From NCBI RefSeq assembly GCF_000315625.1, contig NW_005434569.1, positions 89,349-153,348 of the forward strand: 64,000 bases of DNA. The letters run 5' to 3'. The translations under genes and the position numbers were made by a program. The notes beneath the pieces are model-generated. The model ran no database searches. It saw only the letters and a list, made by a program, of their open reading frames with translations, and was not told the origin of the DNA. Of the stretch, positions 26,001-36,226 are shown piece after piece (within the stretch, counting starts at the first letter, position 1; every line of letters starts with the position of its first letter). This DNA is from Guillardia theta CCMP2712. Lineage: Eukaryota; Protista; Cryptophyta.

Positions 26001-27195
26001 AGAAAGGAAAGTATATCAGATCGTGAACGCGAACGTGAAAGGACAAGACGGAAAGATGACACAAGGTAGATCTTATTGCTACGAGCTCAGGTGCTCATCT
26101 GAATTTTTGAAACAGAGAATCGCGCGATTCTGGCAGTGATAGAGATCGCAGCAAACAGACAAGAGAAGAACGAGGGTATTGGAAACTGATAGATCCTCTC
26201 TCGCCTCAGTAAGACGCATTTGCAGGTCCAGGGGACGCGGAGACGACGACAGCCGGGAGCGAGTTCGTGACGATGATAAGAATCCACGGGAAGAACTCAG
26301 GCGGCGCAGTGACCGGAGAGACGAAGACAGAGTTCGAGACATCGAGAGGAGGAGAGAAGAGGAACGAAGACGAGAAGAAGATCGACGGAGGGGCGACGAT
26401 CGCAGACGCGAAGATGACAGGCGGAGGAGCGATGACAGAAGGCGCGAGGAAGATAGGAGGAGGGAGAGAACAAGAGACCTCGAACGGGATCGTGAGCGTG
26501 AGCGTGAGCGTGAGCGTGTACGAGAAAGAGAAAGAGAAAGGTGAAAGAATGAATCCTTGGTTCTTATGTGATAGGCTCTCAGGGATCGAGAAGGTCACCG
26601 GGACAGGCGAGACAGGTGAAGTCAAGTACTGCATCATGACTTTGAATGACTGAGATAAACCAGCAGGAAGGAGAAGAGAGACCGAGAAGATGAGAAGGCT
26701 GCTGAAAGCTTGGCGCCGAAGGAAAGGAGCATTGAGAGGGATGCAAGGCATGACATTGAGAGGAAGCGCCGGGAAAGAGAGCGGAAGCGCAGCATGGACG
26801 ATGATGAGAAGCCATCGGAATCGAAGTCAGCGAGCAGCGAAAACAAGACCGAAGGGTCTGATTCACGAGGCAAAGGAAAGGTGATCTTTGACGCTTCTGG
26901 GATGCCGTATCATGGCGATCAGGACCCCCACCGTTCCAAACATGGAGAGAAGAGAGGGAGGAAGGGAGACCGGGGTGAAGAGCGCGAGAAGCCTGCTATC
27001 CTAGATCTCCGCGAGAGCCTGTCTCAACGCGATGCCGACGCAGCTCGAGGAGACAGTCGCAAGGGCAGAGGTAGCGAAACCCCGGCAGACAGCGGCAAGG
27101 AAGAAGACTCGTCAAGCTCCAAGCGGCGGAAGAAGGACGATGGAGATGGTCACATCCCTGTTTCTCAGCGCCTGGGTCCACTGAGGCAAAGGTGA
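23027..27195 (+). CDS. RBBP6: RBBP6/Mpe1-family protein (DWNN + zinc knuckle + RING-like + RS/RD-rich tail), multi-exon
   Basis: DWNN MSSVVHFQFRNA...VSLRDLKLLI...VPKNTSVLVKRV; knuckle PPPYYLCDRCKQAGHWKKDCPT; RING-like DLQC...EAVVLPCC...TCPIC; RSRSRS tract. Confidence 0.9.
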
Positions 27196-27379
27196 GATGG
27201 CAGGAGAGGAAGAGGTAGTCTCGCTTATTTCTGCCACAGTGGGGAACAGAAAACTTCCCGCAAAGGAGGGCGAAAGGGTGAGCTCACAGTGACTATAACC
27301 TTGTAAAGGGAAGACGCAGGGCATACTGTTCTAGAAATGTTAAATTTTGTCAATTTTCTATCGATGAACTGAACTTTAG

Positions 27380-28587
27380 TTATGGAGAATCGAGCATTCT
27401 CGTTAAGATTGGAAAGATTGGAGCTTGAGCGTCAAAGCCTGAATCAAGCAAGTGAGACCATAGCGGGCCATCGTCAACCTTCACCTGAATTTTTGAATCT
27501 TTCAAGTGTACCAGCTGCTGAAGTGTCAGATCCTCTATAGCAGTCCTCTGTCGCACTTCACCTGTTCTAGTTTCTTTATTTTCGTTTCTAAGATATCCAC
27601 TGTCTCTCGAAGCTCCTGTTGCCATCGTTCACATCACATGATCGTGGATGTAACCATGTTCACCTGAATCGTCTGCTCTTTCTCAATCAAAATCTCCGTG
27701 TCAACCTCCCGCTGCAGATCCGCTCGTCCACTCATTGTTGTCCCCATCCTGTGACAAGTCTCAGCATTGCCTATCAGTCGCCATCTCACCTCGACACAGG
27801 AACTTCCATGTCGCTAGATTGAGATCGCAAGTTCGCCCGAGCGCTGTCAAGGTGCTGAGGAGCACGTGAGCAAGGATTCAGAATTCTTTCTGCACATACT
27901 GGACTCCGGCGCGACGGCTGGGACCCAAAAAATGTTGATTCTAGCCCTATGTAACCAACCTTTGAGTGAGAGAAGGAGAGAGGATAGGCAGAAGGAGACC
28001 CTGATTCTGAGTCTTGCGACTTGAACTGCTGCTCTTGTTGTCAAGCCGGTTCCTATCCTCATTCACCTTGTCGTAGATTTTGAACAAAAACTGGACCAAC
28101 AGGGTGAGGCAAAACCGCAATCGATCAAAAGGTTTCACACTTTCTCCACCGCCATCGGGACACAATTTGCAATGTCTGTCATTTCTGTCTGGGTCAAAAC
28201 AACTCCAACTCTCTTCAGCACCCGCTCTGGCCAAAAGTCAGTGACAATACAATCTTGATGAGCAGGTTACTGTTGAGGGTCTGCCAATTGTAAGTCTTTT
28301 GAGACAGAGCGTTTGCAGCGCTGTAGTTGTGCAGTTCAACGATCCTCGGATAGAAATGATTGAGGAGTTCAGCCATGAGAACTGCAGCTCTGTTACGAGC
28401 GCTTGTCAAACACCTTCCTTCATACCTCCATCGCTGAAATCACGACTGATGTTCCGTTTCGGTCGTGACAATGGTACGGAATCAACCCAAGCATACAAAT
28501 TTTGAATCTGAAAGCCTCAGCGTCAGGCGATGAACTGTGAGTCAGTGCACTGGAACAAAATCTCACCTCGTCATCCGAAAACTCCAT
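27380..28587 (-). CDS. SPEF1: Sperm flagellar protein 1 (SPEF1/CLAMP), CH-like domain, multi-exon
   Basis: MEFSDDE...LYAWVDSVPLSRPKRNISRDFSDG|VLMAELLNHFYPRIVELHNYSAANALSQKTYNWQTLN, the SPEF1 signature. Confidence 0.9.
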
Positions 28588-28934
28588 GACTTCTGCCCAC
28601 CACCCACGGAAGGATCGGCAAGATCTTAGATGCAAGATTAGCACAGTGAGCATGCGACGTCTCGTCACGGTATACGACAGAACTCTTGAGATACAAACAC
28701 ACCTAACTCTCAATAACTCTCATCTTCATTATACCATCAAGACTGACATCCATGCCCACATGTTAAATCTTAGCGCCACACACTCTTATCAAACAAATCA
28801 GCTATATGTAGGATCTACTTCTTTCCATGGAGCCTTCTTCTCGCTGTCGGTTCTTCTATCACACACCACATCTGATTTCGTGGCTAGTTTGCCATCCGCA
28901 AATTCAAATTCACCTTCTCTTATTCCTACATCCT

Positions 28935-29310
28935 CCCTCTCTCCTCTCCTCTCCTCTCCTCTATCCTCTCCTCTCCTCTATCCTCTCCTCTCCTCTCCTC
29001 TATCCTCTCCTCTCCTCTCCTCTCCTCTCCTCTCCTCTCCTCTCCTCTATCCTCTCCTCTCCTCTCCTCTCCTCTATCCTCTCCTCTCCTCTCCTCTATC
29101 CTCTCCTCTCCTCTCCTCTCCTCTCCTCTATCCTCCCCTCTCCTCTCCTCTCCTCTCCTCTCCTCTCCTCTCCTCTCCTCTCCTCTCCTCTCCTCTGTCC
29201 TCTCCTCTCCTCTCTCCTCTCTCCTCTCCTCTCCTCTCCTCTCCTCTCCTCTCCTCTCCTCTCCTCTCCTCTCCTCTCCTCTGTCCTCTCCTCTCCTCTC
29301 TCCTCTCTCT
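28935..29310. repeat. (CTCCT)n polypyrimidine microsatellite
   Basis: About 375 bp visible run with CTAT/CTGT variants. Confidence 0.95.
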
Positions 29311-29419
29311 CTTATCTCCTCCTCCCTCCCCTCCCTCTTTCCCTTGTCCTTTCCCCGCCTCTCTCCTGAACATTTTTGGCGCCTTCAAACTGTCGGAACT
29401 TTCATAAGAATGTCATCGT

Positions 29420-29848
29420 TGTAAGAACTCGGATAAGTTCTTGGAGACGGCGAGAAGTTCAGGGTATTGCGTCTCATCGATGGACGAAGCTCAGCGAGAT
29501 GGAAGTGGGTTTCGACATAGGTCTGGAATTAAGGAATCGACGAGCCTGAGGGTCAGGCGGAGAAGAGGGGGTTAGGAGGACACGTGTCGACGGCGCGCTG
29601 TGCATTGTACTTGGTTGCAAGGGACTGAAGGGAAGGTGACTGCTGTGAATAAAGGAAGTGTTGGTGGTGTTGTGTGGTTCTTCTGAGAGTTCTATCATCA
29701 TCAGTGAAGGTGTTGGAGACTGCACAGCTGTGTATCGTTGAGGTGAATAAGGTTGGTGTAAGGATCTCAGGTGTACTGAGAGTTAGTCTTTGGTGGATCT
29801 TGGGTTAAATAGATTCTGGCCAGTGAGGTGGAGGTTGATTCGATTACA
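29420..29848 (+). repeat. Copia 5' LTR (TGTAA...TTACA, 429 bp)
   Basis: Direct repeat of 37498-37924 with inverted termini. Confidence 0.95.
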
Positions 29849-30117
29849 AAGAGAAAATTTTCTCTTTGTTCTCAGTTCTCATTTTTTTTACTGTTGTTGC
29901 GCAACTGTGATTTACCGTACGGTCTGAACTGGAACAAAGAGTAAGTTCGGTTCATTGTTGCTATTTGAGTCGGTGATTCGATTGTTTGGAATCGTTGTTT
30001 GGAAGTTGGACTCGATTTTTTGCATTTTTTACGCTTGTGCTTGGAAGCTCAGTTTGGAAGGTCGGAGTCGATTCTTGTGTGGAACGTTGCTACTGATTTT
30101 TCGACATTGCTTTTACC

Positions 30118-33100
30118 ATGGGAGGAGGAAAATTGGACCTCAGTGAAGAATTGATCAAGACTCATCCTGAGTTACAGATGGACACATTCCTCAAAGGATC
30201 GGTGACGTCACAGGAGGAATTGGATGAACTTTTGCTTCCGATTCAGAATGCAATGAATCGTTATCGGACAGGATTGGGCTTGTGTCTTTTCCCGCTGATA
30301 CGAGAGTTTCCACTCGATCAACTCGGTAATTTTGGTGGTGAGTTTCATACTGTATGGGAAAAGAACAAGAGTGTGAATGTGGATGGCGAGTTGACGGAGG
30401 AATGGAAAAGGCAGGTCGTTTTGCTTTTCCTGAATGCCAAATTTTGTTGGAGGAAGAGCGGGCAGATTCGAGATTATGTGGAGCAGTTGCAAAATTTGTC
30501 CAAGACGGTGTCGGATCAGTATGGTAGTCCTGTTGATGACGGTGATTCCGGCAACCCAGTGAGTGCTTCTCAGAGTGGCAAGAAGAAAAAGAAGGGGGTA
30601 AGCCGAAGGGATTCTGATGGCAAGGAGATGGATGCCGCGATGATTAACGCGTTATATGAAGACGTTGAATATTTTCTCCTGGAGCTTGGCCAATACTTTC
30701 GATCCTATCTGAAGCCATTATTTCCTGTTCCATGGGCTATGTCAGGAGGATTCAAGTCCAAGTTGGCTCCGATCAAAGCTCTGGCGTATATGATATGGGA
30801 AGTCAGAAAGCGCAGTGGGAATCTCAATGCCACTCCGGATAAAACGCGGATGGAGCTTCTGACGCTGGCAAAGTCGAAATTGCCTGACATATCTACCTTC
30901 CACAGCGTTATGGTCCAGATGAAGATCCTGCTTAACAAGTTGGAAGATGTAGCGGGAGAGGAATCTGTGAAAGCCTTGGAAATGATTTTGGTGGAGGAGC
31001 TGATCAAGCAATGTTATGTTTCAGATTGTATTGATATTCGAGATGTCGCGCGCTTGAATAAGCGGTCCAAGTTGTCAACCGAATTGACTTGGGAGGAGGT
31101 GTACTCTTGGGCTGTGAATTTGCATGATGAACAGGTATTTTTTACTGCTGGGGGTGAGAAAACACAGTCGGGCACTGCGTCAGTTAATGTGGCAGCCTCG
31201 GAGGTGCAAGCTACGGTCAGTCAACCGAATGCAGACAAGGCGTCTGAAAGTGGAGGACAGGGTGGTAAGGAAAAGGGAGACTCGAGAGGCAGCAATGAGT
31301 CGTCGCCTGTGGATAATGCATCTGGCAGTCAGGAGGATGGAAGCACGTTGGACGCGAGGGAGAGTACGCGAGGCCGAGGTGAGCCTCCGGGTCAGGGAAT
31401 GCGGCGCAGGGGCGCCTACCATGTTGATGGGTCTCGTGGCGGCTACGGTCGTGGAGGCTCCGCTGGTGCTGGATCGAATGATTTTCGAAATCACCAAGGA
31501 AGAGCCGGTGGTTTTCAAGGGAATAATTTTCGGGGAAGAGGCTCAGGATTTCGAGGTCATCATCAGCAGCGGGGGAAGCCGTATGATCGTCCGGCTGGTA
31601 GAGGGATGCGCGGACGAGGTAGAGGGGAGCATTGGACGACGCATAACTACAATCCACGCAGAGGCGAGTCTGATGGTTTCTCAAGAGGTGATCGTTCGGG
31701 AGGATATCATGAGCGGCGAAACAATGTGCATGAATTTTCTCCTCAGGCTCTCGGCGAGGCGGTACTGCGCTTGGCCAGGGAAATCCAGGGGGGAAGGAGG
31801 TCAGGTGCAGACGGTGAGCAGCCGGTTGGACCATGGCAGGAGACGTTTGAGCCTAACCATCGGGGACGTGGCCGTAGTCCGGTGTCGGACAATCCTTTTG
31901 AGAGGACGGTACAGCAAAATGTTTCAGAAAGCAATGCTCAGGCAGGTCGCCGTCAGGCGGAATGGCGATCCTTCTTTGCGTTTCAGTTTGGCATTGATTC
32001 AACGATGTCGATGACTGATATTCAAGGAATGGCAATGCAGAGTATGGTGGGAGACGGTGACGGAAGGGTTGTCAATTTTTTGCTTGATTCGGGTGCAAAT
32101 GTTACCATGGTTGGGGACGAATCCCTCCTCTCAGACGTACAATCGGGAGACGATTTCTTTGTCATGACGGCAGGAGGAAAGATTAATTGTACCAAGTATG
32201 GCAAGCTAAATTTGCAAATTGTCGGTGCAGATGGTGAGTCGGACAATATAGTATTGGAGAATGTTCGAGTTTGTCCTGTCCTTCCTGTACCACTTGTGAG
32301 TCTGGATGATTTTCTGGGATCCAAGTATTACATTGTTGCACGGGGGTCGAAGAACACGGTCAAATCCTATGTGGCTTCGGAGGATGGCAAGATCAGGATT
32401 CCTCTGATTCAGCGGGACAAGTTGTATTTGTTGACAACCAGAGGTCCGATGCATGATTCTGTGGCAGGTGATGTGCCAATCTTTTGTGTTTCAGCGGAGG
32501 CTGGAACAGTTTGTTTGACTAAAGCACATGTCACTCCTGGACCTTCTTTCGATGGGCAGTCAACACAGAGTCTATCTGATGCGGTTCTGTGGCACATGAA
32601 AACGGGGCACCCTGATTGTCGAGTACAGAAGTTGCTTGCGGATACGGTCAAATACATCACATTCAATAGGCGGTTGATTCATTCTCCGTGTCACGTGTGT
32701 AGGATTTCGAAATTTGTGTCACGCCCTGTTCACAAACAAACCTCATTTCGACAGGAACGTGTTGGAGATGTAAATGCTCTGTGGTACGTAGACTTGAAAG
32801 ATATGGTGGCAGTCTCTGAACCATCGGGTTATCGTTACTTTCTTATAGTTGTCGACGCTTTTTCCGGATACCTGATTGTGCGTCCCATGAAGTCCAAGAG
32901 TCAAACGAGTGATATTCTGATGGAGTTACTTCGACAGGAGGAGAAAAGTGTCAAGAGAAACGGAGTTCAACGCATCATATCTGATAACGGCAGTGAGTTT
33001 TCTTCTTCAGAGTTGGAGGCATTCGTTCGTGAGACGGGTTTGAAGTGGGATCGGATTCCTGATTACAGTCAAGTTTACAATTCGCTGGCTGAGAGAGGAA

Positions 33101-34638
33101 TTCGAGCAGTCAGTACTATCCACAGAACTTTGCTCAAACAGAGTGCTTTGCCTATCGAGAAATGGGAATTTTCTGTTATGCAGGCTACGTACTTGTACAA
33201 TGCTCTCCCGAGTTTCAGGAATTTCGGCAATCTTTCTCCGTATACAATCTATAATGGAGATGTTTTCGACTTCAAATCTCTCAAGACCTTTGGGTGTATG
33301 ACATTCTTCAAGAATAATGTACGCAGTTCGAAGATTGAAGATCCAGCTAAACAGGGCATTATGCTCGGAAATGCAAACGCTTTTCCTGGGCATACCATTG
33401 GCTACTTGGTATGGTGTGTTGACGACAACAAAATCTATCACACGAATAATCTGACCTGTGATGAATTCTTCTTTCCATTTCGACGTGCGGGACGGATGAA
33501 TTGGCAAGAGGATCCTGAAGTGGTGGTAAAGCACGATATTGACATGGAGGATGATTCGCCTGTCAAGGGTGTTGAAGATGAACGGTCAGAGGCAGTGAAT
33601 GCTGGGACTAGTGGTCGTCGAAAGAGAACACGGTTGGAGGATCATTCACTGGAGTCGGATGATGAGGGGGTAAGGGCTGCTGAGATGGTGTGCCAGGACA
33701 GCGATGAAGATTATGTGCCTACAGTGATGGTTGACGGTGGCCGAGAGGATGCGGATCATACGGATACAGAGGCAGCGTCGTCGACCAAAACATGTCGTAC
33801 CAGACGAGACTTTCGTAAGCAGAGACGGGATGCCGAAAACCGCTTCATCAACAGGCGGGCTGAAGTTGTAATGGATGATGGGAAGGTTCGAACGGGGACG
33901 ATTACTCAAGTTGTCTTCAAAGACGATACATTCTTGGTGCGTGTTACGTTTGACGACAAGTACTGGATATTAATCCATCCGGACAGTGAGAGCGTACGGA
34001 TTTTGTCTATGGGGAAGGAAGTTACCATGATTGCTATGTCGGAGGCAGAGACATCTGAGTTGTTGCCTGGGGATGAGCTACAATCAGGAGTTTTGCCGAA
34101 GAATGTCTTCGAGTTGACAGGGTGTAACGATTATTACTTTCGAGCGTTTCCTCAAAAGGGGGATAACATCCTTTCGCAGCTGGTGGAAAAGACAGTTCGA
34201 GGAAATCCCGATGTCTTTCTTATGCACAGGAAGTCTCCTCTGTCATCTCAGCTGGTACCTGGAAAGGTGCTCAACGGCGATGGAAAAGAGGTACTGTTCG
34301 TATTGGACGAGGGTAATCGTTCGACTACTTCTCAGCACTCTGCACGATGGATACCATTGAGACGGGAACGGTGGAATGATGTGGTCCCACTCATGGAGCC
34401 AGGGGATGACATTGATGTTGCTCGTGATCCAGACTGTATTGATCTTGGTACAAGTGAGTTGACACAATGTTTTCCCAGACTCTCGTATGCTTGTCACCAA
34501 CATGGCGCTAGTTGTTCCTGTATGGGAAGCTGTCAAACTCTCTGCAGCATTTCTGTCGCGAGCTCCGCCATCAGTACAAGACTCGAGTTCGACGGCAGAT
34601 CCTCGCAATCGAAGGGAGATGTTGTTGCACAAGGATAG
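30118..34638 (+). CDS. Copia Gag-protease-integrase polyprotein, 1506 aa
   Basis: RGG-rich Gag; protease FLLDSGANVTM; zinc motif LWHMKTGHP...CHVC; integrase YVDL / ISDNGSEF / NSLAERGIR; LKTFGC. Confidence 0.92.
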   Translation: MGGGKLDLSEELIKTHPELQMDTFLKGSVTSQEELDELLLPIQNAMNRYRTGLGLCLFPLIREFPLDQLGNFGGEFHTVWEKNKSVNVDGELTEEWKRQVVLLFLNAKFCWRKSGQIRDYVEQLQNLSKTVSDQYGSPVDDGDSGNPVSASQSGKKKKKGVSRRDSDGKEMDAAMINALYEDVEYFLLELGQYFRSYLKPLFPVPWAMSGGFKSKLAPIKALAYMIWEVRKRSGNLNATPDKTRMELLTLAKSKLPDISTFHSVMVQMKILLNKLEDVAGEESVKALEMILVEELIKQCYVSDCIDIRDVARLNKRSKLSTELTWEEVYSWAVNLHDEQVFFTAGGEKTQSGTASVNVAASEVQATVSQPNADKASESGGQGGKEKGDSRGSNESSPVDNASGSQEDGSTLDARESTRGRGEPPGQGMRRRGAYHVDGSRGGYGRGGSAGAGSNDFRNHQGRAGGFQGNNFRGRGSGFRGHHQQRGKPYDRPAGRGMRGRGRGEHWTTHNYNPRRGESDGFSRGDRSGGYHERRNNVHEFSPQALGEAVLRLAREIQGGRRSGADGEQPVGPWQETFEPNHRGRGRSPVSDNPFERTVQQNVSESNAQAGRRQAEWRSFFAFQFGIDSTMSMTDIQGMAMQSMVGDGDGRVVNFLLDSGANVTMVGDESLLSDVQSGDDFFVMTAGGKINCTKYGKLNLQIVGADGESDNIVLENVRVCPVLPVPLVSLDDFLGSKYYIVARGSKNTVKSYVASEDGKIRIPLIQRDKLYLLTTRGPMHDSVAGDVPIFCVSAEAGTVCLTKAHVTPGPSFDGQSTQSLSDAVLWHMKTGHPDCRVQKLLADTVKYITFNRRLIHSPCHVCRISKFVSRPVHKQTSFRQERVGDVNALWYVDLKDMVAVSEPSGYRYFLIVVDAFSGYLIVRPMKSKSQTSDILMELLRQEEKSVKRNGVQRIISDNGSEFSSSELEAFVRETGLKWDRIPDYSQVYNSLAERGIRAVSTIHRTLLKQSALPIEKWEFSVMQATYLYNALPSFRNFGNLSPYTIYNGDVFDFKSLKTFGCMTFFKNNVRSSKIEDPAKQGIMLGNANAFPGHTIGYLVWCVDDNKIYHTNNLTCDEFFFPFRRAGRMNWQEDPEVVVKHDIDMEDDSPVKGVEDERSEAVNAGTSGRRKRTRLEDHSLESDDEGVRAAEMVCQDSDEDYVPTVMVDGGREDADHTDTEAASSTKTCRTRRDFRKQRRDAENRFINRRAEVVMDDGKVRTGTITQVVFKDDTFLVRVTFDDKYWILIHPDSESVRILSMGKEVTMIAMSEAETSELLPGDELQSGVLPKNVFELTGCNDYYFRAFPQKGDNILSQLVEKTVRGNPDVFLMHRKSPLSSQLVPGKVLNGDGKEVLFVLDEGNRSTTSQHSARWIPLRRERWNDVVPLMEPGDDIDVARDPDCIDLGTSELTQCFPRLSYACHQHGASCSCMGSCQTLCSISVASSAISTRLEFDGRSSQSKGDVVAQG

Positions 34639-36226
34639 AGAATTGTGGGAGGCAGCTGAACGAGCTGAGATTCAAAAGATGGAAGAAAGGCGAGTTTGGG
34701 AAGTGGTCCCGAGGTCTGATGAAACTCGAGGTAAAATTCTTGCGAGAGCGATGTGGGTTTATTCATCAAAGAGAGATTTACATGGCAACATTCTGAAGAG
34801 AAAAGCAAGGTTGGTTGTGATGGGCAATCTTTTACCCACGTCCGAGGAGTTGTTTGCGCCGACGACGTCGATGGATAACATTCGGTTGTTACTCAGCATA
34901 GCGGCAGGAAATGGATGGATTATCGCCTTCCGAGATATCGCGGCCGCGTTCCTATACAGTGAATTGAACGAACCGATGTTCATGATACCGCCTGACATCA
35001 TGGCTTTGCCTCCGAATGTTTTGCTCAAAGTAACCAAAGCGATATATGGGACGCGAACGGCTCCGCGACGATGGTGGGAAAAGCTGTCTCGGGAATTCCT
35101 GCGTCTGGGAGCGGAACCTGTGGGACATGATGAAATCATTTACAGATATGAACACAACGGCTCAAGAATTCTCATCACGACATGGGTGGATGATCTTCTC
35201 CTGGTATGTGAGAATCAAGAAGTCTGTAATTATTTTTTGGACTGCTTGAGCAAGGTATTCGACTTTTCTGGAAGTGAAGCTACAGGTACATTCCTGGGTA
35301 TTCGTGTTCACCAAGATTTGACGAAAGGAACTATTACCTTGAGTCAGAAGCATTTTATTGAACAGCTGGTTGAGAAATTTGGAATAGCTCTTCGTTCAGT
35401 GTTTACTATCTTGCCTGGAGTGTACATGCGGAGTTATCATCTAGAGGGAGAATTGTTGGATAAGTTCTCGGTGAGACAATATCAGGCTCTTCTTGGAACA
35501 ATCTTGTACGTTGCTAATGGGACAAGAGCTGATATTTCATTCGCGGTCAGTCTCTTAAGCAGATTTGCACGGGCACCCAGAGTGCGTGACTGGGATGCAT
35601 TGGTTCACTTGGCGAGGTATCTGTACACGACGAGAGATATTTGTATTGTTTACCATCAGAGAGGTGTATCTGTTAATCAGGAGGTGTTTCACAATGAACT
35701 CGTAGCTGCGAGTGATAGTGACTGGGGGACGGATGTCTTGACGCGACGAAGTCAGTCCGGATGGGCTATCGTAATGAACGGAGGAGTTATTTCATATGGT
35801 TCGAAAGCGCAGAAAGTGATATCACTTTCATCGTCAGAGGCAGAAATCTATGCGACATCGGTAGTCGCCAAGCATATCAAGATGTATCGAAGCTTACTTC
35901 AACAGTTAGGGTTTTGCCAGCAACGTCCGACGATGCTCCTGCTGGATAATGAGCCGTGTATTCGTTTGTTGACCGAGAAACGAGCATATTCTAGACTGAA
36001 GCACATCGACTTACGTGCTAAGTTTGCTGTTCTCATGGTGGATGAGGGAGAATTACTTCCTGTGAAAGTTCCTACTAAGTTTCAGCCTGCGGACCTGTTC
36101 ACGAAAATTCTGCCGTTTACGAGGTGGAAAGCAATTGGTTCGTTTCTATTTGGAGAAGATTTCAACGCTCAAGGGGTATGCTGCAGTGATGACTCTCATC
36201 CTAATGAGAACGATGGCACTCTGTGA
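34481..36226 (+). CDS. Copia reverse transcriptase-RNase H, in the +1 frame relative to Gag-PR-IN
   Basis: KRKARLVVMG, DIAAAFL, AIYGTRTAPRRW, WVDDLLL, RADISFAVSLLSRF, SDSDWG, SSSEAE, DNEPCI, KHIDLR, QPADLFTK. Confidence 0.93.
   Translation, partial: SRMLVTNMALVVPVWEAVKLSAAFLSRAPPSVQDSSSTADPRNRREMLLHKDRELWEAAERAEIQKMEERRVWEVVPRSDETRGKILARAMWVYSSKRDLHGNILKRKARLVVMGNLLPTSEELFAPTTSMDNIRLLLSIAAGNGWIIAFRDIAAAFLYSELNEPMFMIPPDIMALPPNVLLKVTKAIYGTRTAPRRWWEKLSREFLRLGAEPVGHDEIIYRYEHNGSRILITTWVDDLLLVCENQEVCNYFLDCLSKVFDFSGSEATGTFLGIRVHQDLTKGTITLSQKHFIEQLVEKFGIALRSVFTILPGVYMRSYHLEGELLDKFSVRQYQALLGTILYVANGTRADISFAVSLLSRFARAPRVRDWDALVHLARYLYTTRDICIVYHQRGVSVNQEVFHNELVAASDSDWGTDVLTRRSQSGWAIVMNGGVISYGSKAQKVISLSSSEAEIYATSVVAKHIKMYRSLLQQLGFCQQRPTMLLLDNEPCIRLLTEKRAYSRLKHIDLRAKFAVLMVDEGELLPVKVPTKFQPADLFTKILPFTRWKAIGSFLFGEDFNAQGVCCSDDSHPNENDGTL

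Noticed and set aside
28586-29407. 273-aa Leu/Ser/Pro ORF
   Set aside because: Translation of the (CTCCT)n tract upstream of SPEF1.
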